This document shows, one piece after another, positions 47,736 to 59,746 of a DNA stretch of 64,000 nucleotides. The stretch is taken from the IMG/VR virus record IMGVR_UViG_3300012983_000044, positions 8,249 through 72,248 of that record; one strand, written 5' to 3'. The notes beneath the pieces were generated by a model, which saw only the letters and a program-made list of their open reading frames with translations, was not told the DNA's origin and ran no database searches. The position numbers and the translations under genes are program-made. Positions within the stretch are counted from its first letter, which is position 1, and each line of letters begins with the position of its first letter. Source of the DNA: a virus. Its lineage: Duplodnaviria > Caudoviricetes.

Positions 47736-48086
47736 ATGTACGCTGATCCTGAACAGGGCAAAGCCTGGGCACGCAATCAATACCGGCAGCGTCGAGATGA
47801 CGGCATATGCGTGAAGTGTGGAAAGAGATTTGCCGATGCTGGGCGCTGTATGTGTCGGATGTGTGGAAAGGCGGCAAAGGCAATCAAGGCAAAGAACGAT
47901 CCTGATGGCGCAAGGCACCTGGCATGGTTCAAAAATCGAATCAGTGAACGGAAGGAATTGGGGCTTTGCGTCGATTGCGGGAAAAGAATTGCGGAAACTC
48001 AGTTCATCCGATGCAAGTCATGTCGCAGGCGCAGGGCTGAGTATCAGCAGGTCAGGAGAATACGCGAGAGGATTCACGGAGCGTAA
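47736..48086 (+). CDS. Cys-rich zinc-finger protein
   Basis: CVKCG..CRMC..CVDCG..CKSC. Confidence 0.55.
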   Translation: MYADPEQGKAWARNQYRQRRDDGICVKCGKRFADAGRCMCRMCGKAAKAIKAKNDPDGARHLAWFKNRISERKELGLCVDCGKRIAETQFIRCKSCRRRRAEYQQVRRIRERIHGA

Positions 48087-49096
48087 AGGTGGTGATACAA
48101 ATGCGGAAGTCAACCGTGTCTTATATACGCCGGTTTAAGTGTAGCGTGTGCGGGGCCGATGCCACGGCCCCGAAGCTATCCAGAACCGGCAATGGACACG
48201 TCAAGACGATGTACTGCCCTGTATGCAGGAGAGAGCGGGACTTCGTACAGGTTGGCATAGACAAAATGAGGTAGGTGAGACGATGGGGTGGAATGAGGAC
48301 GCCAACCGGCGCAGGGTATTGAGGCGGTTTTTGCAACTCTGGAATATGGTTCCGGACAATACGTTTGCGGAGGTTGTCGCTGATGTATTTGGGCTGCAAG
48401 CCGACGATATGAAATGCAGGACCGACGAGGCGGTGTTCAGTAGGATCAATGATCTGATCTACGGCAAGGCGGATATGATCTACAAGACGAAACTGCACAG
48501 AAACGCGCCGACGCAGGCCGACAATATTTCAGCGTGGCAGGATTATACATCCGATGACTACGTTAGGGCACGTTCGTTTCTCGACGAAATCAAGGTCCAC
48601 ACAGATGTGCTCACGCGCCAGGAGTACGCAACGATCAAGGGAATGGCCCTGCAAGGGGATATTATGGCTGCCAGAGAAGGGCTGACGGCGATCCTTGAAA
48701 GAAAGCAGAAAAGGGTTGGGTGAAGGGACTATGAATACGAAGCCGATGTTTTCAAGTGCTACCGATGAATATGAAACGCCGCAGAAGTTTTTCGATACTC
48801 TGTAAAGGGGATGGGCCAAATGCTTAACTACACTCTGAATACCAACAACCAGAATGAGGCGCTTTTCATCATGCGGGCTGGCAAGGACTACGTTTATGGT
48901 ACGATGCCTTACGCCAGGGCCGCGAAGATGTGTGAGGACGGAAAAGTCACCAGGGGCGACAATGCGGACTATCCCGTGGCCGTGGATGACAAGTATTTCT
49001 TTAGCGGCCAGGTGGTGGAAGAAGTGGCCGCTGAGGCTGTTGAACCCGCCAGGAAACCCAAGAGAAGGTCAAAGAAGTGACGGGGAGGACAGAAAG

Positions 49097-49339
49097 ATGG
49101 CAAAGAAAATGTACCGCTACTACTGCATTCTGCGCCCGCCGATGATCGGCACAGTGCCACGCGGCATGGTGAATATCGTCTGCTTCGACAATCGGCGCTA
49201 TGTGGACGAGATCGAGCGAGAAGCCTGGGGCTATGTGGAGTACAGTAAGAAGCTGACACCCCAGCAGGTCATACAGTTCGAGATGGCAGTTCCCGTGAAG
49301 AAGCATGGTGGATGCAACGGGGATTACTGCGAGATATAG
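49097..49339 (+). CDS. DarA C-terminal-like small protein
   Basis: YY..RP..GTVP...AWGYVEY...LT.Q...FE pattern recalled from DarA_C domains. Confidence 0.45.
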   Translation: MAKKMYRYYCILRPPMIGTVPRGMVNIVCFDNRRYVDEIEREAWGYVEYSKKLTPQQVIQFEMAVPVKKHGGCNGDYCEI

Positions 49340-49348
49340 GAGGACAGC

Positions 49349-49639
49349 ATGGGATATTCGAGGATAGAGCGCGAAACGACCATCATCTTCAACGAGGAAG
49401 AATCCACTGCCAGCGTGTGGACGTGTTCGCCAATGACGATGCGAAAACTGGACAAGCTGTGCGACGAGCTGCCGGACACCTACAGGTGCGTGCTTGTGGA
49501 TGATAAGGCCCAGGCGAAGCGGTACGAGATGCCGAAGAAGCTGGTGTCTTTCAGAAAGCCGAAGGTGATGTCGGAAGAACAGCGGGAGGCAACGGCAGAG
49601 CGCATGCGTGCGGTATGGCAGGCTAAAAAAGAGGAATAG
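49349..49639 (+). CDS. conserved phage hypothetical protein
   Basis: ERETTIIFNEEE..ASVWT..MSEEQREATAERM. Confidence 0.55.
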   Translation: MGYSRIERETTIIFNEEESTASVWTCSPMTMRKLDKLCDELPDTYRCVLVDDKAQAKRYEMPKKLVSFRKPKVMSEEQREATAERMRAVWQAKKEE

Positions 49640-49789
49640 CTAATATTGCCGTTTTGCGCTGGTAAATAAAAGGGTTGCGGAGCGTTCACTGTACGGACGA
49701 TAATTCCCCCATTGAAAGCGGTGGACGCTTCGCAACAAAGCAAAATACCGGGCGAAAATGGGAAAGATATACATTTGGAGGATTGCACA

Positions 49790-50188
49790 ATGGCTGATAT
49801 GGTTGAACATCCGTCCCATTACTGCATGGGCGGCATTGAGTGCATAGACGCGATTAAGGCGGCGCTGGGTGATAAATACATAGGGTTTCTGGTAGGGAAC
49901 GTCATCAAATACTGCTGGCGCTACGAGCACAAGAACGGCGCGGAGGATTTGCGCAAGGCGAAGTTCTATCTTGAACAGGCGATAGGAGAGATGGAAATAC
50001 AGAATGTGGTGTACACCAGTAACCGCAGGGATGTGGTGCTGTGCCAGGATTGCAAGCATCGCGGTACAAAGTATTGTATATTTAGCCATGTGGACGAATG
50101 GTTTTTAGAAGGCTATGGGAGTAAAGATTTTGGCGATGATTGGTTTTGTAAGGACGGGGAACGGAGGGATGATAAATGCGCCCGATAG
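49790..50188 (+). CDS. DUF3310-like protein
   Basis: VEHPSHY..IECIDAI..GNVIKYCWR..KNGAEDLRKA. Confidence 0.75.
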   Translation: MADMVEHPSHYCMGGIECIDAIKAALGDKYIGFLVGNVIKYCWRYEHKNGAEDLRKAKFYLEQAIGEMEIQNVVYTSNRRDVVLCQDCKHRGTKYCIFSHVDEWFLEGYGSKDFGDDWFCKDGERRDDKCAR

Positions 50189-50759
50189 ATGCGGATGCCT
50201 TGAATAAGACGTTGCAGGAGCGCGTCGGTAGCCCAAAGAGTGATGAACTCTATGAGGTCAATCTTGTGTATCATTGAAGCGCCCACGCTTGCATTTCGAG
50301 AAGAGAGGCTCGGAAAATGGATACGCAGGGGATGCACAGGAAGGCCGCAGTATGACCCAACAACAGACTACTATGGGTATGCACATAGATCTACTAATTG
50401 CGGAGGCGCATCTTATTTTCCGTGCGATTACCCGGACAGCTTTTACAGAAGATGCGGAGTAAAGATGGATGGAAGGTGAAAGTATGATTGACATATCTGC
50501 ACCGGATGACCTGGTTTGCAACGACTGTGCAAACTACGACACGTCTGAATGCGTCTGCATGTTGGATTGGACAATACAAGCATGAGTAAAGCAATGCGCA
50601 AGCCTCGTCCTTCAATGCCGCGTTGGTGGTGGCTTGGACAGGATGGCTGCTGGTTCTGCAAGGGCCGCAACAACTGTAACCAGTGCAAGGCGGCGCGAAG
50701 CTCTGCCAAGGCCGTGGAATCCGGGAGAAAACGGGACAAGCAACAAAAGCTGAGGATGA

Positions 50760-51425
50760 ATGACTATGAGTAGATCATCGGCATACCGCGCCACTCGCGG
50801 CTATGAGAACTGCCAGAAGCGCATTTATGATGGCGTGGGCGAGTACAACATCCCGGCGCTGGAGCCGGTGACCTATCTGCCAAACGTGGAGAGTTGGATC
50901 AGTTTCAACAAGACGCGCACGGTCCGGAGGATGTACGACAAGGGCGTTCACTTCTTCATCGACGACTACCAGTTTCAGCGCGTTTGGGATCAGCCCGATT
51001 CCTATGTTGACATGCTCGCTCATTATGCCGCTGTTTGTACGCCTGATTTCTCGCCCTACAGTGATTTTCCAAAGGTGATCCAGCTCTATAACCACTACCG
51101 CAAGCACTGGCTGGGAGCCTACTGGCAGGAACACGGCATTACCGTGATCCCGACCATCACCTGGTCAAGCCCTGACACGCTGGAATGGGCCTTCGATGGG
51201 GAGCCGGTGGGCGGGATCGTGGCGCTTTCCAGCGTGGGAATGTTCGATAGCACAGAACACAGGGCGTGGCTGATAGATGGCTACGAGATGATGCTGGACG
51301 TGCTGATGCCGACAAAGGTGCTGTGGAAGGGCAAGGTTCCGGATGAACTCAAAGATGATGAGCGGATCATAGTAATGAAAAGCATATTGGACGATCTGCA
51401 TAAGCTGCCGAGAAAGAAGGGGTGA
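50760..51425 (+). CDS. DUF4417-like protein
   Basis: HFFIDDYQFQRVW, TPDFSPYSD, YNHYR..W..GITVIPTI. Confidence 0.75.
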   Translation: MTMSRSSAYRATRGYENCQKRIYDGVGEYNIPALEPVTYLPNVESWISFNKTRTVRRMYDKGVHFFIDDYQFQRVWDQPDSYVDMLAHYAAVCTPDFSPYSDFPKVIQLYNHYRKHWLGAYWQEHGITVIPTITWSSPDTLEWAFDGEPVGGIVALSSVGMFDSTEHRAWLIDGYEMMLDVLMPTKVLWKGKVPDELKDDERIIVMKSILDDLHKLPRKKG

Positions 51426-52078
51426 TGGTGATGCCGAAAGGTGGAAGCGGATTCAGAAATGCGGCATGGAATGGTGCTGTTAAGGCTGGTAAAGGTGCTT
51501 CACGAGATTGGCGACTGTCTGATCCTACAAAATATGCCAAGGATATACAAAAGGCATTCCAGAGCATGTATCGCTCAGGCATTGTCATACAGCGCGACGA
51601 ACGTGGCAGGGTGATAGGCTGGAAAGGGACAGATGAGGCAATTATGAAGGCTGGGGAGAGACTGCTAAATCTTGCACAGCGTATGTCAAATGACCTGGAG
51701 CTATACAATCCTGAGCAAGCAAGAGAGTATTCGATTTTACGTCAGAAGTATGGCAATGCGATTAGCGTCAGCTCCAAGGACTGGAAAGAATTTCTCAATA
51801 CCAAACGAGCCAGAGATACTGTACTTATAAATCCTCGCGGACGGCGCGGGATCGCCTCTGGAGCAGACGCAAGAGCTGAGGAAGTCGGAGGCGAAGGTGG
51901 AAACGTTGTGAATACGCTACATTCCATGAACGAGGCATTGAATGATCAGAGACGTATGATATGGCGAAAGCCTATGGACGGCGGAGAGCGAAATGAATAC
52001 GTTGGGAATATCAATGAAACGTTGATAAAGCAATACGAGAGAGCGGAGAAAGCAGCTTGGAAAAGGAGAAAAACATGA
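51422..52078 (+). CDS. hypothetical protein
   Basis: 218-aa basic ORF overlapping the DUF4417 stop. Confidence 0.55.
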   Translation: MMVMPKGGSGFRNAAWNGAVKAGKGASRDWRLSDPTKYAKDIQKAFQSMYRSGIVIQRDERGRVIGWKGTDEAIMKAGERLLNLAQRMSNDLELYNPEQAREYSILRQKYGNAISVSSKDWKEFLNTKRARDTVLINPRGRRGIASGADARAEEVGGEGGNVVNTLHSMNEALNDQRRMIWRKPMDGGERNEYVGNINETLIKQYERAEKAAWKRRKT

Positions 52079-52623
52079 CGGAAAACATAAAGGAAACCGT
52101 TCAGGATATAGTGAGACTGCTGGCTCCTATTGATGGTGATGAAAATGATGAATACGACAATGATCACTTTACCACGTCATTCAAGTTGGCGGTAGATGCT
52201 GCACGAAAATGGCGGGATGGGCATGGTGGAAATGTTCGCGCCAGCATTAGTGTACAATGGGATGAGAACGGAAAACCTATGGTAACTATTACACCCATTG
52301 GAGAATCAGAGGATGAGCAAAATCATTGACTTTATTTCAAGATTCAAGGGCAGCGAGCACGTTTTTCTATATGGGTGTTGCTACTGGTTTGCGTTTATCC
52401 TGAGCAATCGGTTTTATGCCGAATACCCGGAGATCATGTATGAGCCGGTTGAAGGACACTTTGTCACAAAGATAAAAATGGCCGCTACTACGATGTTCGC
52501 GGAGACGTGACGGATGAATATTGCATCAAATCCATGTATCGTCTGGAGGATATGGCGCAGGGAGATAGTAGCTGGTACAGGCATTTGATGCGGGATTGCA
52601 GGGACTTTGAAAGGGTGGAGTGA

Positions 52624-55600
52624 GTGGAAAACAGGGACAGTGTGGTGGCGAACCTCGAAAGATTGCGCGATGAAATGAAAAGCGGTTCGGTACGAACAAC
52701 GGTGGGAGCCAGTGGTGTAGTACGGCGCATGGACTGGCTTGATGATGCCATAGCCATGTTGCAAGCCCAAAAACCTCATCTCATAACAGCGATGGATTTT
52801 GAGAATAACCCTAATGTTGATGACCTTGGTCGCCTTGCCGGATGGCTTGAAACACGTCCTGGAGCCGGAGAGGAATTTGAGCGAGAGGGCTGGGTAACTA
52901 TCAATAAACTTTTCATGGAGAACAACAAGTATAGAGTTTGGACAGGGAAGCCATCTGAGCAGCAAAAGAGGGAGGAGAAATGGGAATGACGATTGATCGG
53001 ATAATAGATTTGCTCAAAATTGAGCAAAAGTGTATACTTCGCAACACTAATAATGAGTGTAACAGACAGTGCGGCGAGTGTGATTTGGTGCAGGACGATG
53101 GCGAACTCTATGAGATGTACAATTATGCGATTACTGCATTAAATGCGCAGAAACCAAGATTGATGGCATTGGAAGAAATATCGGCTATACCAACGGACAC
53201 CGAAGGCAACGCGCCCGTATGGATGGAAACAAGGATCATGAACAACAAGGGCGAGCTGACTTATTTTGAGGCCAGCATTCTATGGTTTGTCGAAGACGGC
53301 TGGTGGCGTCGATTTGATCCTGTTCGCACTGGATGGGAGGACAGAAAGGCGGACACTTACGGCATTACATGGCGCTGCTGGACATCGCCTCCCGACGAGA
53401 AAACGAGGAATGAAACGTCATGGGACGTTTGAAACGATGGCCGATGCCAAAGAACGCGCATTTCTCGCACTACTGCTGCCATTGCAAATACTGGGCGTTT
53501 ATCAAAGATGTTGGATGTGCGCATATTGGAATATGCAAAACACCATACGGTGAACCTGTCGAAAGAGATGCGTATGACAAACCCTGCGGATTATGGAAGG
53601 AGATGAAATTAATAGATGACAGATACCGATAAGCTGAACAGGGCGATAGGCAGCCTGGAGCTTTGTCTTAAAGGTCTAAGTGATCTGTGTCCATATAAGA
53701 ACAGCGACGCGCCGGGAGGATGCAGGGATGAGCTGATGTATGACGCCATGACGCTGCTGTGTGCGCAGGTGCCGCGAGTATTGACGTTGGCTGAGGTTCT
53801 TGAATCGGAGGTTTTATATGCGGAGGATATAGACAAAAAAGATGTTATTCCTGTTTTGTTCAATGCCCGCTGGGGTGACCAAATTGTTTTGATAAAGCCC
53901 CATTTATACGGCGGGAGGTCGCATAAGTTTTCGGTTTTGATATGTGATTACGGGAAACGTTGGCGCTGCTGGAGTAAAAAGCCAACGGATAAACAGCGGC
54001 TGGAGGTGGAATGGGATGATTGATCGGCTGAAGGTCATCAATGGGCTGGAATGCCACGTAAATGGGCACCCGCATACGCGATGCCATAAATGCCCTTATT
54101 GGGGAACCGGGCCGCACGGAAGTTCAGAATGCAGCGTACTGGCTGCTGATGCCCTTGTCCTGCTGAAAGCACAGGAACCGTGCTTGATGACGTTGGATGA
54201 TGCAATTAATTCTGAAATGGTTTGGGTCGAATGTTCTAATGGTGATGGTGGCTATGGAACATGCAGATTTGTTGAGATTTACGGAATGATTGCAGCGGAA
54301 GTATTTATGTTGAAAAACAAATATCCAGAACGTAACCGTTTGAATCCAGAAAAGTATTTGAGGGAGTGGCGCTGCTGGACATCCTGTCCGACCGACAAAC
54401 AGAGGGAGGCGACACCGTGGGCGTAAGCGTTATGAAGATTTATGAGTATACCGTTGAATGTGATAATTGTAAAGCGCTTGAAGTATATCACTCTTTGGAT
54501 TGGGATAACGGCATACAGATTCACGACAAACGAACAGCACTCAAGGCCAGCGGATATAAAGTGCGAAATGGACAGGTGCTATGCCCTGAATGTTTGAAGG
54601 AAGATGACATTATCAGGAGGAACAATCCATGGAGATAAGGGATGACATGATTTCGAGGGCGGCGGCGATTGATTATCTGATGACCAATATGGGATGGCAT
54701 GACGAGGACGGATATGAAGTTGACGATGCTGACGAGAAACGTGCCATCATAACAGATTTGGTCAACGGGATTCCTGCCGTGGACGCTATGCCGGTGGTAC
54801 ATGGACGGTGGAAGGAAAGTAAATGCCTTGATGAATGTTTCTGGATATGTTCAAATTGTGGTTTTCCAAGTGAAGCACTTGCCGCGCCAAAGCTATACAA
54901 GTTTTGCCCGAATTGCGGCGCAAAAATGGACAAGGAGGCGAGATAATGGCTGAATTTGTTACGGTCATGTCGGAGTTTATGCGGCTATGTGACAGCTTCG
55001 ACCTGTGCGAAAAATGCCCTGTAAATCAAGAGGGTTTTAGCTGTGATTGCGACCATCAGGGCTACTCAAAGACAGGCGCGGCAGAGCTTGAACACATCAT
55101 CATGACATGGGCCGCAGACCACCCGGAGCTGGTTTATCCGACATGGGGCGAATGGCTGGAACAGCAAGGGATTTGCTTTAGCTCTCTAACACATCGCAAC
55201 CATGTTGGTGGCGTAATAATTCCTGAAGTATTCAATTATCAAATCGAAGGCAAAACAGCTTTTATGTGCGGCAATAAGGTGAATGAACCCATCCCCGACG
55301 ACATTGCGCAGAAGCTGGGGATGAGCCGAAGGTGGGCGCATGAAATGCTGTGAGAATTGCGCGTGGTTTGAATCTGAATGGAGATGATAAAATGGAGATG
55401 ATAAATCGTAGCGAGCTGATACGGGCAATCAAATGCAACCAACGAAATCGCCGTGGTGAGTATTTCGACTGCAAGATGGAATATTGCCCTTACTGGCGGG
55501 AGGACAAGGAAACCGGGTATTCTATTTGTGATACCTACAAGATAGAATCTGATGCGGTTGAGCTTCTGACGATGGACACAGTATTGGAGGATGACCTTAA

Positions 55601-56094
55601 ATGACAGACCAAAAGCGAAAGGCGGTGAAGTGGGAATGATTGGTAAGGACAAGGTGCTGATTGGTCTTGGACAGCATATCAGTGGCAGAACGCCACAAAG
55701 GTGTGGAAACTGCCCGTACTTCAACGGCGATTCTGGATATGGAGTTTCCTGCCGGGATGAACTTCTGGATGACCTTTACGAACTGCTGGAAGCGCAGGAA
55801 GAAGCGCAGGAGCCGAAGTTGCTGACATGGCGGGATGTTATCGGTTTTGTGTTGGGATGTAAGCCAGTCTATATTGAAGTAAAGGAAAGCGAAGATAAAG
55901 AATCGGGCGATGATAGATGGGCCATGATGCAGCAGTACAAGGATAGCTTGTCAAACGGTATGCTTATGGCAAAGTCGTCATACGTCATAAGCGAAGTGAT
56001 GTTTGAGCGGAACTATGGCGTGACGTGGCGGTGCTGGGATAAAGAACCGTCAGATGAACAGCGAAAAGAGGTGGAATGGCATGGCGACGATTAG
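52624..56094 (+). other. cluster containing five paralogous small genes with WRCWxxxPxxxQR C-termini
   Basis: ORFs 52624-52989, 52980-53432, 53616-54023, 54016-54426, 55636-56094. Confidence 0.7.
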
Positions 56095-56595
56095 CGGCCT
56101 GACGGTTGCGCTGCTGGCAGAAAAGTGCATCGGTCCTATTGATGTAAATGGCGATGCAAAATACGATATGGAAGCGGCTATGAATCTGCATGAGATGTGT
56201 GTTGCGATCAATGCGCTGCTGATGGATGTGCAGCGGATCACACATAACATCACAAGTGACTATCCGGGCGCTCAGGTTCTCGGCGGACGCTCCGTAAGTT
56301 ATCTGGCCGAGTTGCGGGATCGCATTGATGGATGGTTGAAAGAGGTCCAGGATCAGCAGATGCAGAAACGGAGCGAAGGCGATGACGGAGTTTGAGCCAA
56401 AGATTGTGGCGTACACGGATGACAAACCCATGCGAAAACGCGCCTGCATCAACTGCGGATTGCGTGAATCGTATAAGGCCGGAAGCACATGTGGTTATGA
56501 TGGACATTATATTCAGTATGCTGATACCTGGGATGACTGGTGCAGACATTGGCATAAGGACAGGCAAGAAAAGCCATACGAAGGACGTGAGATAA

Positions 56596-56967
56596 ATGGC
56601 TGAAAGAATCATAGCTGTGGACTTTGACGGCACGCTATGCGAGAACGCATGGCCCGAAATCGGGGAACCCATTGAGCCTATTCTGAAATATGTCAAGTAT
56701 CAGCAGTTTACAGGCGCGAAGGTCATCCTGTGGACCTGCCGCGTTGGTGACAAACTGGATGCGGCTGTGGCATGGTGCCGGGAACACGGGATCATATTTG
56801 ATGCCGTCAACGAAAACCTTCCTGAGATCGTCATGGCGTTCGGCGGAGACTGCCGGAAGATATACGCAGATGAATACATCGACGACAAAAACGTGCTACC
56901 GGATGCGCTGATGAACCAGAAGAAGCGGATCAGCGGCAGGGCGATGAGGAACAGGAGTGGAGTATGA
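56596..56967 (+). CDS. HAD-superfamily hydrolase-like protein
   Basis: IAVDFDGT, ILWTCR, YIDDK. Confidence 0.8.
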   Translation: MAERIIAVDFDGTLCENAWPEIGEPIEPILKYVKYQQFTGAKVILWTCRVGDKLDAAVAWCREHGIIFDAVNENLPEIVMAFGGDCRKIYADEYIDDKNVLPDALMNQKKRISGRAMRNRSGV

Positions 56968-57597
56968 AAGTTATTAAACATGGAAACTGTCTGCGGTTTG
57001 AATGCCGGGAATGCGGGTGTGTTTTTCAGGCAACGGAAAAAGAGAACGGCACAGAATATAGGGCATACCATAATGGCGATGATTCTGGATTCTATCAAAC
57101 GTGTCCGGACTGTGGATGCGAGGACGTTAAGGGTGAAGCGGTGTGGAAAAACGCAAATGCCGATGACGGCAATGCGCAGAAACATGTTGAGCCTATTGAG
57201 CATGATGACAAATATTGGGGCTGGGTGAAATCTGATAAGTCGTGCCCGATGTGTCATGATACATTGATATATAATCCGATGTCTATACTTACATCATACC
57301 CAGCACAGCAAGAGCTTGTTTGCCCGAACTGTGGGCATACAGAGTATAAAGTGATTGGCAATGTTTCGCCGCACATCGTGAATCTGACCAACGAAGCTAA
57401 AACGGACGTAAACAGATAGAAATTATGAGATGTAGAAACAGTGAGAAATGGTTCAATGGTATTGCATCGGTGTAGAGGGCGCAGTATAATAACTATCACA
57501 AATATACATTAGACGGTTATTTTAGATTACAAGACGAGCAACGCATGTTGGATGGAAAATGTGTTGCTCGTCTTTTGAATGAAATGGAGGTAAGACA

Positions 57598-57843
57598 ATG
57601 CCGTACCAAAACAACTATGAGCTGTCGCCTGAAAGCCTTGCCCGTGTTCGGGCCTTCAAGGATAGGCACGCTACGCTGTACACCATCCACGAGGTCGCCG
57701 CTATAAGCGGCAAGGCTATTCCCAGTCTGCGCAGATACATCAGGTCTGGCGAACTGGAGTGCAACAAAATACGCGGGCGACTGTGCTTCACGGAGGAGCA
57801 GATCGAGGCGTTTCTGAGGCCGGACAGAAAGGAGGGAAAGTAA
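57598..57843 (+). CDS. HTH_17/excisionase-like DNA-binding protein
   Basis: YTIHEVAAISG..LRRYIRSGEL. Confidence 0.65.
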   Translation: MPYQNNYELSPESLARVRAFKDRHATLYTIHEVAAISGKAIPSLRRYIRSGELECNKIRGRLCFTEEQIEAFLRPDRKEGK

Positions 57844-58146
57844 ATGAGTGCATGGCTGGATAAGGTCAGCAGCAATATCTTTGAAGGCGTGAAGATCAAC
57901 AGGCTCCGCAGACTTCCGAGTGGAGATGCTTATGTTATCATTTTTGCAAAGATGTTGTTCCACTGCAAGCCAGACGGATTTGTATGTGAGGGCGAAGGCT
58001 ATCACTTCTTTGCAAATGAGATCGGCGAGGAATATGAAATGCTTATCATGGCAATCGCAATTCTGCGCGAACTGTGTCTGATAACTCTCAATGAGAAAGA
58101 AGATGTGTATATCCATCAGAGAATCTTGAATGGGGATAAGACCTGA
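57844..58146 (+). CDS. replisome-organizer N-terminal-like protein
   Basis: W....NIF..KINRLRRLPSGD pattern. Confidence 0.5.
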   Translation: MSAWLDKVSSNIFEGVKINRLRRLPSGDAYVIIFAKMLFHCKPDGFVCEGEGYHFFANEIGEEYEMLIMAIAILRELCLITLNEKEDVYIHQRILNGDKT

Positions 58147-58160
58147 AAGGATGATAGCGC

Positions 58161-58551
58161 GTGCCGAAATCATACCTGATGGTGTTTCATGACTGGCCGG
58201 AGAAAACAGCGCATTTGTCGTATGAATCAAAGGGACGGCTCTTGGAGGCACTTGTAAGATATTCCCGTGGTGACGAGGATGCTGAGGATTATCTTCAAGC
58301 ACCTGAAAGCTTTGTATATCCTGTGTTTGCCGCAGAAGTCAACCGGGCAAACGAGAAATACGAGGAATTATCTGCTAAGCGACGTGCTGCTGGAAAGGCT
58401 GGCGGAGAAAAGACCCACAAAAAGGATTTGCCAGAGAATGAAGCAAATTAAGCATTTGGTAGCATTTGCTTACATTTGCTCTGAATGCCAGCAAAACGAG
58501 CAAAGCATAGTAATATAAATATAAATGTAAATGTGAATGTGAGGGTAAATA
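58161..58551 (+). pseudogene. DUF6291-like initiator, truncated/degenerate
   Basis: LLEALVRY..KYEE..KRRAAGKAGG, then stop; AGCA/TTTGC repeats and NINVNVNV-coding tract downstream. Confidence 0.5.
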
Positions 58552-59069
58552 ATTGAGTTACGGAGTTACGTATTATTGCGCGGAGCTATTTGCAAAACGC
58601 TATTTTGACAGCATTTTTTGCAATGCAGAATTTCAAGAAGCCAATAAAATCAAGGGTTTTGAGATTTTATGTGGCTTGAAACTGTGAGGCAGCATAGAAG
58701 TTTTCGTGAGGCAGAGTGGAAATTTTTGTGATGCAGCCTTGCTAAATGGCTGAAAACCATTGATTTTGCTCCATTTTACCATTTTGGACAAATGTAAGGA
58801 TGACGGTTGGGAGGGTTGATAATTAATATGGCAGAACAGAGAACAGTAGACCAGGGCGTAGCTGACAGCATACGGTGTCTTGCTGAATATATAGCCAGAA
58901 ATGCCGATGACTATGCTGTCGGCATGGAGGACGCAACGGGAATGTCTATAAGCATGAACTTTGAAATTGGCACTGTTCCTGAAATCGTGGTGACAAAGAA
59001 CATCAGCCCTTATGCTGCACATGAGGTTGTCACAGATAAAAGGTGCTATATTTGGACGAGGTTCAATGA

Positions 59070-59534
59070 ATGATAAACGCAAATAGACTGATTTTCCTGG
59101 ATGTGGACGGCGTTCTCAACAGCACAAAGTTTGCAGAAAAGATGCTGGAGGAGGATAATGTCAGAATCTACGCAGAGGATTTGCTGGACCCACATGCCCT
59201 TCGATTGTTGAAACGGCTGGTCGATGAAACCGGCGCATTGCTGATACTCTCATCGTCGTGGCGGAAAATCCCGGAGTCTCGCAGAAACCTTGAACGTCAG
59301 CTCGAACAGCATGGCATGCGGATCGCCGATTCAACACCTTGTAAGGGTGGCGAACGTGGAGATGAAATCACGGCATGGTTCAGTATGATCCCTGCGGCAC
59401 AGAAATGCAGATATGTTATCCTTGATGACGATTCAGACATGACAGTCCACATGAAACATCTTGTACAGACAAGTTTCGATACTGGCCTTACAAGAGAACA
59501 TGTTGATAAGGCAATAGAAATATTGATTGGGTGA
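59070..59534 (+). CDS. HAD-domain (RNA-repair-associated type) protein
   Basis: IFLDVDGVLN, LSSSWR, RGDEI..W, YVILDDD. Confidence 0.8.
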   Translation: MINANRLIFLDVDGVLNSTKFAEKMLEEDNVRIYAEDLLDPHALRLLKRLVDETGALLILSSSWRKIPESRRNLERQLEQHGMRIADSTPCKGGERGDEITAWFSMIPAAQKCRYVILDDDSDMTVHMKHLVQTSFDTGLTREHVDKAIEILIG

Positions 59535-59746
59535 GAACAATGGTAGACTTGAAGCGTTGCCCGTTCTGCGGTGGAAAACCAAAAGTTTCAAACTCTGGAC
59601 CTTTTGTAAGCAAGACATCTCATATCGAATGTGAAAAATGTGGTGCATGTACTAAATACTTCTTCATCTCAACAGAATACGCGGCAGATGTGGTGGCCGC
59701 AGAAGCATGGAACAGGAGGGTAGATGATGGGAATGTCGATAGCTGA
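59531..59746 (+). CDS. Lar-like restriction alleviation protein
   Basis: LKRCPFCGG..CEKCGA..EAWNRR. Confidence 0.7.
   Translation: MRTMVDLKRCPFCGGKPKVSNSGPFVSKTSHIECEKCGACTKYFFISTEYAADVVAAEAWNRRVDDGNVDS

Noticed and set aside
52314-52623. Frameshifted small gene (KI/KNGRYYDVRGDVT) as another phase switch
   Set aside because: The indel is at short A3/A5 runs; more likely decay or a sequencing error
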